Shown piece after piece: positions 11,784-23,863 of a stretch of 64,000 nt of DNA. Position 1 is the stretch's first letter, and every line of letters starts with the position of its first letter. The notes beneath the pieces were generated by a model, which was given only the letters and a program-made list of their open reading frames with translations, searched no databases and was not told the DNA's origin. The stretch comes from Rhizodiscina lignyota (taxonomy: Eukaryota): contig ML978122.1 of NCBI GenBank assembly GCA_010015805.1, positions 2,142,453 through 2,206,452 of the forward strand. The letters are read 5' to 3'. Made by a program: the position numbers and the translations under genes.

Positions 11784-12933
11784 ATGAAGACCTCTACAGT
11801 TTACTCCGAGGGCATATTTCACGCCTTGCCCACATTCCCTGAGCATGATGGGAAGAAGTATACCGCAATCGTTACCGGCGCAAACGGCATTAGCGGAGCC
11901 AACATCATTCGAGCACTTAGTCAAGCGCCTCAAAGATGGGAGAAGATCTACGCCCTGAGCAGGAGACCACCTCACGCGACCTATCCAGATAGGCCATACC
12001 GAAGCGCTTTGTCCTTCAGACGGGCGCAAAGCACTACGGACTTCACCTTGGTCCGCCTCTTACTCCTGAAGACGAGTCTGATCCACGTTTCACGGCTGTG
12101 GCAAACTTCTACTTCCCCCAAGAGGACTTGCTGTGGGGTTGGACAAAGAAGAACAACACGAGTTGGAATGTAACGCGTCCGGGATTCATCGTCGGTGCGG
12201 TTCCTGACGCCGCTATGAATATCACGTACGGCCTCGCTCTGTACGCTGCAGTGAAGGCGGAGATGAGAGAAAAGCTGGACTTCCCTGGAGACAACACGGC
12301 TTGGGATGTCGAAAACCATATGAGCCTGGCGCAATTGATTGGGTATCATGCTGAGTGGGCGGCATTGACGGCTGACACTGCAAACCAGGCGCTCAACATT
12401 AGCGACGGCAGTATGTTCTCTTGGGGCAAGTTCTGGCCATGCCTCGCCGCTGCATATGGGCTAGAGTACGGAGCTCCCGAGCAGGACGAAAGCAAATTCC
12501 AGACGGTGGAAATGCCCGTCAAGCCACCGCGGAGAGGGTTTGGACCAGCCGGCAAGTTCAGATTGTCCTGGTCGTTCGAAGCGTGGGCGCAGAGACCTGA
12601 GGTCATCAGCGTCTGGGAGAAGATCAAAGAGAAATACGGATTGAGCGCTCCGAAAGATCCTTTCCTTCAGGGCTTCCAGGACGTATTCGGCCTGCTGGAT
12701 GCTGCAATTCTTGGGCCATGGGGGAGGAGTATGGGGTGCATCTTTTCTCTTTGTCAAACAGTACCATCACTAACATTGTCATCAGTGTGACCAAAAGTCG
12801 CCAGCTAGGTTGGAACGGTTTCGTGGACACCAACGAGGGTATGTTTGCGACGATCGAGGAAATGGCGAGCATGAAATTGGTACCACCGTCTGTCAAAAGC
12901 AAGGATTTTGAGATCAAGTATATCGGATATTAA
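11784..12933 (+). pseudogene. PRISE (progesterone 5-beta-reductase/iridoid synthase-like) SDR with internal deletion and frameshift
   Basis: Frame 1 gives VTGANGISG...WEKIYALSRRPP and abuts, at ~11994-11996 and in another frame, IPKRFVLQTGAKHYG...NFYFPQED...VTRPGFIVG. No intron fits at the junction. Terminal intron ~12736-12785, then KSRQLGWNGFVDT. Confidence 0.75.
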
Positions 12934-14417
12934 GATCTCCGTTCAGACAGGCATGAAAGTTAATTGGAGCTGAAGAAAAGTAATCGGAATTGTATTCTCA
13001 GCAGCGAGTGTCGAGGTCGTCACCAGATTTGATGCCTAGAGCGTCTCGTAGTCACATCCTCGGTCTAAATTGATTTTGCGCGACCGACGTGGCCATTCTG
13101 CACAGTGTTGAGGAGGATGTCGTGGCTGTTGCTGTCTGGGTGAAGGGCCATTCGCACTATCACGAACCTGATTCGACCATACAGCTCCCTGCTCGAGGCA
13201 GTGTACTCGTAGAATCTGACCCATCTGAATAGGAACATGCCTCGGTGCTTTCGGGAAGTCCATAACAGTAGCAACCAAACCAGATCGAGATGACTCGTTA
13301 TGGATCTGAGGTGCCTGCTGTTATCGTGTTGAATGATTGACCAGGTGTTACTCATGAGCAAAAGGGCGGCGAAGCAAACGCTCGACGTGGAATCCTGCTG
13401 CGTAGCCGTTGTCGTATTGCAAAATGGAACCTATGACATATTTTAGCCTATTGATAGACCCCAATCTGTCTGGCTTTCTTGGCGACGAATTTCGCACGTA
13501 AGTTTGGAGGCGGCGTGCTTCGATGTTTGAGCCGCTGGTAGCGAATGCCTTGACTTGGAACCCACGACCCGGTTAAAGCTGCTGATCAGTCTAGAAAGGG
13601 CCAGGCCAGCTCAAGAATGACAAAATTCGGGAGGCTAGGTATCGCGAGTGCTGTCGTCAGGGTATTCCGGTCGTCTGGAATACATCGGAGACGGAGAGGC
13701 ACAGTGCAGCAGGACGTCCTTCCTCAATGCATGGAAAGCTGTACAAACGCCGTTGAGGCCGTTGAGGTTACATCATCTCTATAAACTGTTATTCAGCAAA
13801 ATACTCTATAGGAAATAGTCGACAAAGTGGGAAAGCTCGGAAAGCAATAGTGGAAAAAAGGAGGCTGAGCAGGCCGTGCGGCGACATGGGCACATGCAAG
13901 GAACTTCGCCTTCTTCCGGGCCCAAACTCTCCTTCACCATCTTCGATAGGCTCTGGCCAGCGATCTCAGCTGTCCGATCACGTTAGGTACATGCGATTGA
14001 GTGCATCATCTGGCTCGTGCGAGGCTGGGAATCGGGCGGAACGGTGAGAGCAAACACGCCAGACGAAAAGTACTTTGCCGTGTACCACCGGCGCACATAA
14101 GCAGGTGTTATTCTTGGGGCTGGGAAGCTGGCGACCTTGACGCAAGACCCCACATTGTCTTATTGGCTCACTGCAGTGGTCACGCTCCAAATACAGCTAT
14201 ATTGACTTCATGTGGCGGAGTGACGTTGCTGGTATGCCTGACGTATATAATGGTAGTTGATGCTTCGCAGTTTCTCTATCACTCACCAGTAGCTTCCAAA
14301 GTCTCATCTTCACAGTATACAAAGTCTCTCGTCTTCAACTCCTCCTATATTCTTCCATCAACAGAAGTAATTCGAACAACACTTAATTCGAAGACCTCCA
14401 ATCAAAACATCGTCAAA

Positions 14418-14969
14418 ATGGCAATTCTTCTTTCCGCTCTCCTCTTCTCTCTCCTCGGCACTGCCTTCGCAGCACCAGCTCCTCAGCAATCTGGAACGGT
14501 TGCACCTCAGCCAACTGAACCAATCATCATCACCTTCAATCTCGTCTCTACGAACGTCTCCTCTCCGGACTCTATTCAGCCCTCTCTTGACGACGACAGG
14601 GCCCTCATCATGTTCGATCCTTTACACCAGGATGATCTTCTCCTCCGCACAGCATCAAACTACAATCTCCCCATCTTCAAGCTCGAGGGCGGTTCCCTTC
14701 ATGTCAAGGCTCCTGGCCCATTTGGCGGTGCGGATAGATGGTACGCCTCCCAGAAGCTGGTTGAGAACCAGCCCATCACCTTCGCGCACAAGCCGAATGG
14801 AAACAGTGGCTTCAGCTGGAACGGCCCGCTGATCTCCGTTGGAGAGTTCTCTGGGCTCTTTACCCTTTGCAAGGGCCCACTTGGGGAGGACGTGATCTTC
14901 TGGAAGGGCACGGATGCCAGCTGCTCCATGAGCTTCATGCAGGCAATCCCGCGTTCAGAGGTTCTTTAA
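14418..14969 (+). CDS. Small secreted protein (183 aa, 2 Cys), possibly cell-wall associated
   Basis: ATG in CAAAATG context, signal peptide MAILLSALLFSLLGTAFA-AP, TATA-like TATATAA near 14244, intronless ORF. Confidence 0.8.
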   Translation: MAILLSALLFSLLGTAFAAPAPQQSGTVAPQPTEPIIITFNLVSTNVSSPDSIQPSLDDDRALIMFDPLHQDDLLLRTASNYNLPIFKLEGGSLHVKAPGPFGGADRWYASQKLVENQPITFAHKPNGNSGFSWNGPLISVGEFSGLFTLCKGPLGEDVIFWKGTDASCSMSFMQAIPRSEVL

Positions 14970-15869
14970 GCGTGTTCAGCTTTATCAACGACTGTTAATG
15001 TCCGTTAGTATGACTTTATGGTGGAAATTATGAGATATGGCTCCTGGGATGACGAATGGTTTTTGGATCGGTTGGATGCATAGCGTGGTTAAGCATAGCA
15101 AGGGCGCATAGGGATACTACATATAATACTAATACTAATTGGATCGGCTCAGTACCTCTCACTCAGCCTTTCTATCAAAACGTTACAATTTACATATCAA
15201 GATGATGACAGTGATTCCAACTCAGACGATGGGGCCAATCAGCGCTTGCCGTAACCTCCACAATTTCTTGCAAGCCAACTACCTACCTTTAATCCTTTCC
15301 ACTCTCCCTAATTGCTCTCTCGCTATCTTTGCTATTCAAGTCCTTGTCTGCCGCATGCTATCCTGAACCACTCAGTACTGGAAAGTGGGCGAGCTTGACT
15401 CGGCTACAATCGGACGTCTGCGGTTCGGACGGCATCATATTACTCTTGCAAACTCTCCGCATCCCGCTTCTCCGATTATGCCAACTCATACCATCTACTT
15501 GTGTACTGTACTTATTTACCCATTTCGGACAAGAGATATCCGATCATCTACTCCGGGAGGGCCCCTCACTAAGCCCTGCAAGTTTGGGAAGCTAAGCCAA
15601 TGAGTTATCAAGAGATCTGGGCACATGGCTTATCTCTCAGCAAGACGTTCAGGTACCAACGGGTCATATTGGCTGTCTTACTCTCACGCTGGAAGCATTC
15701 TGCTGTTGTTCACTTGGAGTCTTGTCACTTTTACAAATTTTCTATCTCTCATTCTCAGGTCTCAACACAGCCCCATCATTCCTGCTGCAACAATATCGTC
15801 GGGCTCTTCTCAGTTCAAATATATCAAATTAAATATTCGGAGAACTTCGGCTCTGTTAAATAGTTCACC

Positions 15870-17079
15870 ATGGCAGGCAAACCTGTGCCCATCCCGAAAG
15901 ATGCTGAGGAAAAAGAATCCGTGATCATGAACATCGAAGAACTCCGTGATATTGGCACAGCGAAGCTTCCCAAACCGATAGCGGACTTCTTCAACAGCGG
16001 ATCAACATATCAAGAGACGCTCGCCGCCAACACGGCTGCCTTCTCCAAATACAAGCTACGCTCACGTGTGCTCGTCGACGTATCGAAACCCGACACGAGC
16101 ACGGTCGTCTTCGGGAACCGTATCTCGTTTCCACTCTGTGTCTCGCCGGCGGGGATACAAGGAATGGCTCACCCGGATGGAGAGCTCGCGACTAGCCGTG
16201 CATGTGCGAAGGCAGGAATCAACATGGGCATCAGTAGCTTCGCGAATTACGACTTTGACGAGATAATGAAGCAGGGCGAGTCGAGCGGAGTGCATTATGC
16301 ACTGCAGATGTACACGATGAGAGACAAAGTACTGCAGGAGAAGATTATTCGGCGAGCTGAGGCCCGGGGCGTGAAGGCAATCCTACTCACAGCAGACAGT
16401 CCGGTTCTTGGTGTACGATGGAACGAGCATAAGGGCGACTTCCGTGCAATTACAGGGTTTGAGTTCCCCATTATCGGAATAACGGAAGAGATGTGGCGTA
16501 GTAGTTCGCATGAAGAGATGTTCGACAAGTTCAACGATGACACGCACAACTGGGCGAGGGATATCCCGTACCTGCGCAGCTTGACGAAGATGGAAATCTG
16601 GGTAAAGGGCATAATGACCGCCGAGGATACTCTTTTGGCGATCAAGCATGGAGTCAACGGAATTCTTGTCAGTAACCATGGCGGAAGACAACTTGATGGC
16701 GTCCCGGCCACCTTGGATGCCTTAGTAGAATGCGTGGGCGCGGGGCAAGGGAGGATAAAGATACATGTAGATGGAGGCTTCAGGAGTGGGACAGACATCT
16801 TTAAAGCTCTAGCACTAGGAGCCGACTGTTGCTGGGTTGGAAGGCCGACTATCTGGAGTCTTGCGGTGAGTTGAAACGCAATTGCCTGACTTTGGTGAAT
16901 TATGTTCCGCTGACAATGGAATGCAGTACAAAGGGCAAGAAGGTGTAGATCTCATGCTCAAGCTTCTACAGGACGACTTTCGAAGGTGCATGCAGCTCTG
17001 TGGATGTCGGACGATAAAAGACATATCGAGGTCTTGCTTGTCGAGGATGAATAGCGACGGAGTTCTGGCGCGTCTTTGA
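15870..17079 (+). CDS. FMN-dependent (S)-2-hydroxyacid oxidase (glycolate oxidase/HAO family), C-terminal -ARL
   Basis: Motifs AHPDGE, WVKGI, SNHGGRQLD, DGGFRSGTD, VGRP. No cytochrome b5 domain. Intron 16866-16926. Confidence 0.94.
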
Positions 17080-18491
17080 GCAATGTACTCCGCAAGTCCC
17101 AGTATTGTTCTATATGGCCGGTTACTTGCTGAATAAGACTTCGTGTGTGCGAAAGGATAAGGAGTGCCGAGTGTTAGAAGGATGTTGAGTATGGCCCGTG
17201 CGAGTGTTTGTGGTAGTAGTGAGACTGAAGAAAATGAAACTTGTGCTCTACGTTGGCACGATCTGTGGAAATCCGGTGCATAGTTGCAGCAATGCTCTGC
17301 GAACAGTGCGAGAATCACGGAAAAATGGTCATTCACAATCCAAAGGATGCTCAGATGACTGAGTGGGCTTGGCGGAAGAAAGTTCCTCTGCAATGTAAGA
17401 AAGGCTTGAAGACTGTGCAGATGTGTTGGGAAGAAACGATAACCGCAATCTAACAACTGCTGGAGCGCTCATGCATCCATAAGAGAAGAATAGCTGTCCT
17501 AGCTACAATTAGAGGTACGACAGCCGAGTAGACTCAACGGAAGAACAATTCCTCTTCATTATCCAGCGAGAGGAGAGCAGAGAGGCCGAAGGAGGTTGAA
17601 ATTTAATTAAAATGTGGCGTTGAGGTGGCTGAGCTATCAAACGCCACAACCGTTCCCGGAAGGCCTTACGATCCGTCAGACTTCAACCTCATCGTACGAA
17701 GCTTCAGTATTAGTATTCGACAAGTCTATTAATTGAGCTGAATTTGGACGAAGAAGCGTAAGCCAAAAGACTGAGCATGGTCTCGAACCATGCGTGTACT
17801 ATTAAGTCCTTCTCCTCCTGTTAGTGCCCTACAGAACGGGTTTTGTGCACATCATTCCGTCTAGTCATTCATTTGGCAAGTTTCCGCAAAATCTTCCCTT
17901 ACATCTCTGCGGGGACGTCGGCAGCATAAATTAGGACAAGCTTCAGCATCTATGCTTGCTAGCGATCTTGATTTCCGTCCAGTCAGACCTGTGCAGGGCG
18001 TTGACAGCTGGCGAGATCCGACCACTTCCGGCTGGCCCACAACCTTCTAGGACGACTGTTTCGAGATCTGACACTTTGAAGAGAGCCTCCATGATTACGA
18101 AAAGAGCTAGGATCCGTGTCATATCCGAAACTTTCTCAGTATTGTTGCTAGCCAACCAAATTTTCGTCTTATCCGTGGATGAAGATGACGAGAAGGAGAG
18201 TGTGGATCTGCTCAGATGCATCGTCGTTGAGCCTCTTGAAACTCGCATAACTAATCTAAACACAGCAATCTGCGGCGGTAGATGATGAGCCGGAGGTAAT
18301 TATGCTCCGCATTGTATGTGTTAAGGGCATAGGTTGACAGCTCAACGTCATGGCACTCCGCCGCATGTATCACTCACGCGACGTCTTTCCGTTTGTATCC
18401 GGTAACCCCTTTTCCCTGTCTCTTTACATCAGTACCCTTCAGTTTCGTTCTCTTTCTTCAAGAGTATTTCGATTTGATTGCGTATCGTGCG

Positions 18492-19730
18492 ATGGGTGTC
18501 TTCAAGGACCTAGTGGAGCCAGGAGGTAGGGCGTTCCCTGACCCAAACCGATATATCTTCACCAAGTGAAACATCTAACAGCTCAACGCTAGCCCTTTAT
18601 CTTACTCTCGCCGCTGGTGTCCTCATAAACAGACATGTTCCTCGTAGAAGGTCACCGAGTGACGACGCCTCGGATGCCGGTACACCACCTCTTCGTGGGC
18701 AAGTATACCTAGGAAAGCGCCAATCATCCGTTATCCCAGATAACACAATATTCCGCAACAACTTAATTTCTCGGGTCCTTTTATACTTCCCATTCCTTCT
18801 CGAGGTATTCTACTGGCATCTCACATACTGGGTTCGTCCCTATCACACCAAATCAGCATACTCAAGACTAATGCACGTCACCAGCCGTACCAACTCGCTC
18901 GCGCCCTCTCTGTCTCTCTCATCCGGAACTCTCCTACCGCGTATGTCCTTGCCGAGCATCACGCCCTCTCCCTCCTCAACCTCGAACGAATCCTGCATAT
19001 CGATATCGAAGCATCCTTCCAACACTTTCTCCTCACCCGGCTCCCATGGAGCATGCACCTCCTCGCTATCGTCTACCATAGCCACATAATCCTTGGCGTC
19101 ATATTCCTCGTCTACGCCTACACATTCTTCCCGCGTCCAGCCTTCCAGCGTATCCGCCGCACGCTCGCTATAGACAACTGGATTGCCTTCACCGTCCTAA
19201 CACTCTGGCGCTGTGCGCCGCCCCGACTATTACCGACAGAGTATGGATATTTAGACGTGCTGCATCCGAAGCGGATGAGAGAGCAGCAGGCAGAACTGGC
19301 TGAGGTCGTAGAGGGGGCGGTAGAGAGCACGGGGAGCGTGTGGACGAACAATAGCCATCAGCTTACTATTGCTGCGATGCCGTCTCTGCACTTTGGGACG
19401 TCGTTATTGATTGGGTATTCGTTGCTCCGTCATTCGCCTCATAGACTGGTAAGATTGTTGGCGCCGCTTTGGCCGCTGGCGATGCTGATTACCATTGTCG
19501 GGACTGCAAACCACTTCGTTCTGGACGCTGTGGTTGGTGCGATGGTTGTCGCTCTGGGATGGCGGATGAATGAATTGATGCTGTCGTTCCGGCCCATGGA
19601 GGAATGGATGTTCTGGGCACTGCGGACTGAACGACCAAAAACGGCGGAGAAGAGAGCTTGGGAGGCCACGGAAAGAAATAGTTATAGGAAAGATGAGCTC
19701 GAGGTGATAAAGGAGGACATGGATGTGTAG
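18492..19730 (+). CDS. PAP2-superfamily (IPC synthase/Aur1-like) integral membrane protein, 3 exons
   Basis: Introns 18526-18592 and 18832-18884. Motifs CAPPRL, AAMPSLHFG, TANHFVLDAVVG and several hydrophobic helices. Confidence 0.85.
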
Positions 19731-19926
19731 ATGGTTAAGGCATTGGAGAAGGGAAGTTCCGGATTTCATGCATTGAACATGATACCCAGATTGGGCGGGA
19801 TCTCAAAAATGGGATATTGGGTAATTAGAAGGGTTTGCGATAGCCTTGAGGTATTGGTTGAGGTCTTTACTGACCGCATTATTTCATTACAGTTACATAT
19901 CATAACCCCAGCGCCGATGCATATGC

Positions 19927-20958
19927 TCAGTTGGTGGGAACAGGGTGCCCCAAATTATTCGTATTGGGGTCGAATTCACCTCCTCCTTGTACGGCTTTTC
20001 CACCGTGAAATCCATGGTTTATTCCCCAAACAATGCCGAAACTCGCACCGCTTGCTATCGCGCCGACAATTAATGTCTGTGCCGCCGACCATAGTGCCTC
20101 TTTTCTTCCACACCCGGTAACGTATGCTTTCACATAGCCGAAGGAGACGAGTAAGAGAGCGGTGATAGATATAGATGTGTAGAGACCGTCGAGGACGCGC
20201 TTGTAGAAGAAATAGGGGAGCATAGGGAGGATACCACCGAGGAAGTAGGCCAGAGCCATAACCATGGCAGCGAGCCAGGCACCGTTGAGAGCTGGCTTCT
20301 CGAGTTTGAGGGAGTGGTCAATCAGGAACTAAGGTTCTCGTCAGTATGTAATATTTACCACGATGCTGTAGAGAATCTGTACCTTTGCCCACATTTCCTT
20401 ATCCTGCTTTAGGCCTTGGACAAGGGGCCTAACACGCTCCTTGCTGAGGCCATACTGCTCGAATATAGCATATGTCTCTTCCTCTTGCACAGCCGGTATC
20501 GTCTCAACCTCTCTGATCTCCTGTTGTTCGCGCACGAGGTAGGCTGTTCGTTCTGTGCTGGCAGCAAGGTAGGCACCCAAACCCATTGACAGTGCGCCAG
20601 CAATGAGCTCAGCGATGCCACCTATTACGACGAGCTTCTGGGATCCGAAGCTGGTGAGGCCGGCTGTGAGGGCGAATGGAACGGTCAGACCGTCGGAGAA
20701 ACCGATGATGGCATTCTTGACGGAGTCGCTGTTCGCCCAATTGTTCTGCTCTTTCCGAGAGGAGGGAGGGCGAGCGCCGGACTCGAGGCTCGACTCCGAT
20801 AATCGATTCTCAGAGCCTTCGGTGACGGCCTTGCGAGAGAAGGTGGATCTGATCATCTCGAAGTTAGGGAATTTTGCCTTTGGCATCTTGGCTGATGAGC
20901 TCGATGAAGGAAATGTATTGTAGTTCATGGAGGGTGGAATTGATGTGTCGGATAACAT
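19927..20958 (-). CDS. VIT1/CCC1-family vacuolar Fe/Mn transporter
   Basis: IIGFSDGLTVPFAL, GGIAELIAGALSMGLGAYL, YFLGGILPMLPYF, FGYVK. Intron 20382-20329. The exact start ATG is uncertain. Confidence 0.92.
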
Positions 20959-21035
20959 GAGGGCTTCAGTGTTGGAGCGAGGGAGGACCCTCGTCCCTCA
21001 ATACGCGGTGTAAGGGCTTTATGAGTGCATATATG

Positions 21036-21090
21036 TATCTGATCCGTAGGGCGGATCAGATATTGGACACCCAATAGGAGCTGAGGTATT
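21036..21090. promoter_or_regulatory. CCC1 promoter elements: 11-bp inverted repeat, two CCAAT boxes and a CSAAT-N12-RWT (CBC/HapX-type) motif
   Basis: TATCTGATCCG-tagggg-type spacer (TAGGG)-CGGATCAGATA at 21036-21062; ATTGG at 21062-21066; CCAAT(21071)-N12-ATT(21088-21090). Confidence 0.55.
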
Positions 21091-22028
21091 TCCAAGCATC
21101 ACAATTGCTGCATGGGGTAAGGTGTGACACGCGTTTTTTTAAGCCATAAAACCCACTTACACTCTTTCATATCCACCTAGCCGCGGCATTATGCTGTTCA
21201 GCAGAGCGAAGGCCATCTCCAACGGTATCAAGACGCGCAGAACAGTAACGAGAGAACGGCGAACGGTCATGACATGGCCAGAGGAGCAGAGAAGGCGAGT
21301 AGAGGCCAAGCCGCATGCGCCGGTCAAGCAACATCTTTAAAGGCTTGTTCTCGACGCCGTGCGAGTCGCGGACTCGCCGGCGCTGGACTGCGTGGAGGCA
21401 ATTGGCGGTAGGTCGATGTCAAAGATTCAAAAGACCTTCTGCTTTGGTGCAGCGCAAATGCGAACTGCGTGGGGAGCCAATCACTGGCCGCGAATTACTA
21501 CACGTTCCAGGACGGGCTGAACTGCTGTGCCTGCATATCACGACCAGCGTCACCAGCCTCCCGCCTCTCTCGGGCCCGTACTTCGAGATCGGCTCGCGCA
21601 TGAGGCGAGCTTCCTTGAGCTTGACAAAACTGGGAGAGATGCTTAGCGATGACCACAATAATGTCCTCCAACTACGATAAGAGAGACGTGGGCTGACACA
21701 GCAAAGCACACAGGATCATGATGGAGATCAGATTAGATTGATAAACCAGCTCCACGAGACTGGAACGACGGGATGAGAATTTGAAAGAAGACGGAAAACA
21801 AGACGATGTATATCATTCTTCATGGACATAGGAAATTTTGATCAATGAAATCTTTGTCAGATACTTTTGGACATTGCTCTTGTCGAGTTGTCAGTTTTTA
21901 GCTCAAACGCGGCGACGAGCGGCAGATGAAGCTTCCCCTGCCGAAGATCTCCCACCAAGAAAATAGTTATGGTGGGGAGTCGTCGTTAGAAACTTTTCTT
22001 TCAATTCAACAACAAGCAATTGATTGCC

Positions 22029-23863
22029 ATGGCACGCCCGGCTACTCCTCAGAATCATGAGGACGGCGCCAATGGCATATCCATTCCTGGAACTCCTATC
22101 AACTCGAGTTTAGCACTCACAGAATACACAACAAATCCGTCACCGCCTCAACCCTCAACTCCAAAATCGAACGCGCAGTCGATAGTACCTCAAGCTTTTC
22201 TCCTTCCAAATGGCTATCCCGATGTACTTCCCTCTCTGGCCGAAATACTCTACTTGGTTCCATCTTGTCCTGTCTGACGCTGCGGCAGTATCTTCGCCTC
22301 ATCCTTACCTCTCGAGTCTACGAAGTGGTCCAAGAAACACCGCTCACGCATGCCCAAAATCTCAGCAACCGGTTGGAATGCAAGGTGTTAATAAAACGAG
22401 AGGACCTTCAGCCAGTCTTCAGCTTCAAGCTGAGGGGAGCGTACAATAAAATGGCGCACCTGACGCCTGAAGAGCGGTGGAAAGGAGTGGTCGCGTGCTC
22501 AGCAGGTACTGTGCACACATCATGGAGATAGGCCGATGAAGCTCACAATATTGAAGGCAACCATGCACAAGGCGTAGCATACTCAGCGCGGAAGCTGAAG
22601 ATACCTGCCACGATCGTCATGCCCGAAGGCACACCAGATATCAAGCACAAGAACGTCTCGCGACTTGGCGGCACTGTCATCCTCCACGGTCCGGACTTCG
22701 ACGCGGCGAAAGACGAAGCCCATAGACTGGAAAAGTTACACGGCCTGACGAGTGTAGCTCCCTTCGACGACCCCTACGTCATCGCCGGACAGGGGACAAT
22801 AGGAATGGAGCTGCTTCGACAGACCAACCTTTTAGAGCTAGAAGCAGTCTTTTGCTGCATTGGAGGCGGAGGCCTAATAGCTGGAATTGGAACGTACATC
22901 AAGCGCATAGCACCACAGGTCAAGGTCATCGGCGTGGAGACGTACGATGCGAACGCCATGGTGCAGTCCTTGCACGAGCAGCGCAGGGTAGTGCTCAAAG
23001 AGGTCGGCCTCTTCGCCGATGGCGCAGCAGTCAAGGCCGTGGGTGAAGAGACATTCCGTTTATGCATGGAGGTCGTCGATGATATCATACAGGTTACGAC
23101 GGACGAGACGTGTGCAGCCATCAAAGACGTCTTTGAGGATTCACGGAGCATCGTCGAGCCCGCTGGTGCACTCGCTATCGCAGGTCTGAAGAAATACGTT
23201 GCTCAAAATCCCTGTCCAAACCCCAACAGAACGCTCGTTGCGGTGGCGTCCGGTGCGAACATGAACTTCGACAGACTCCGCTTCGTTGCCGAGCGCGCCG
23301 CGCTGGGTGAGAGAAAGGAGGCATTGCTCAGCGTTACGATCCCAGAACGGCCCGGCAGCTTCGCAAATTTAGTCAAATGCATCAATCCAATGGCTGTCAC
23401 AGAGTTCAGCTACCGCTATGCCGGCCCTGGTGGTGCGCACATTCTAGTTGGCGTTGGCCTCAATGCAGCATCGAGATCACGAGATCTTGCAGACCTACTT
23501 GAGCGACTGGAAAACGAGGGCATGCACGCCAAGGACCTCTCTGACGACGAGCTTGCCAAATCACATATTCGGTATCTCGTTGGTGGACGGAGTGGTGTAG
23601 CGGACGAGCGACTGTTCAGCTTCGAGTTCCCTGAGCGACCTGGAGCCTTGTATAAATTCCTCACGACGCTACAGCCAGGCTTCAACATCAGTATCTTCCA
23701 TTACCGCAATCATGGAGGTGATGTCGCGAAGATTTTGGCGGGTATTCAGTGTCCCAAGACCGCTGACGATGAGAAGGCTTTGAAGGAGTTCTTGAAGAAG
23801 ATAGGTTACCCGTTCAGGGAAGAAACGGATAACGAAACATACAAGATGTTCCTCAGGCAGTAG
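22029..23863 (+). CDS. ILV1: Biosynthetic threonine dehydratase (threonine ammonia-lyase), 3 exons
   Basis: [18 protein letters not shown] (PLP lysine), [24 protein letters not shown], and two ACT-like regulatory repeats (IPERPG/FPERPG). Introns 22224-22288 and 22506-22556. Confidence 0.96.

Noticed and set aside
13036..13361. Minus-strand ORFs as a relic oxidoreductase fragment
   Set aside because: No motif I can identify with confidence.
14001..14417. N-terminal extension of the 322-aa ORF
   Set aside because: It starts at a non-ATG codon and spans the TATA box and CT-rich leader; the signal peptide begins at ATG 14418.
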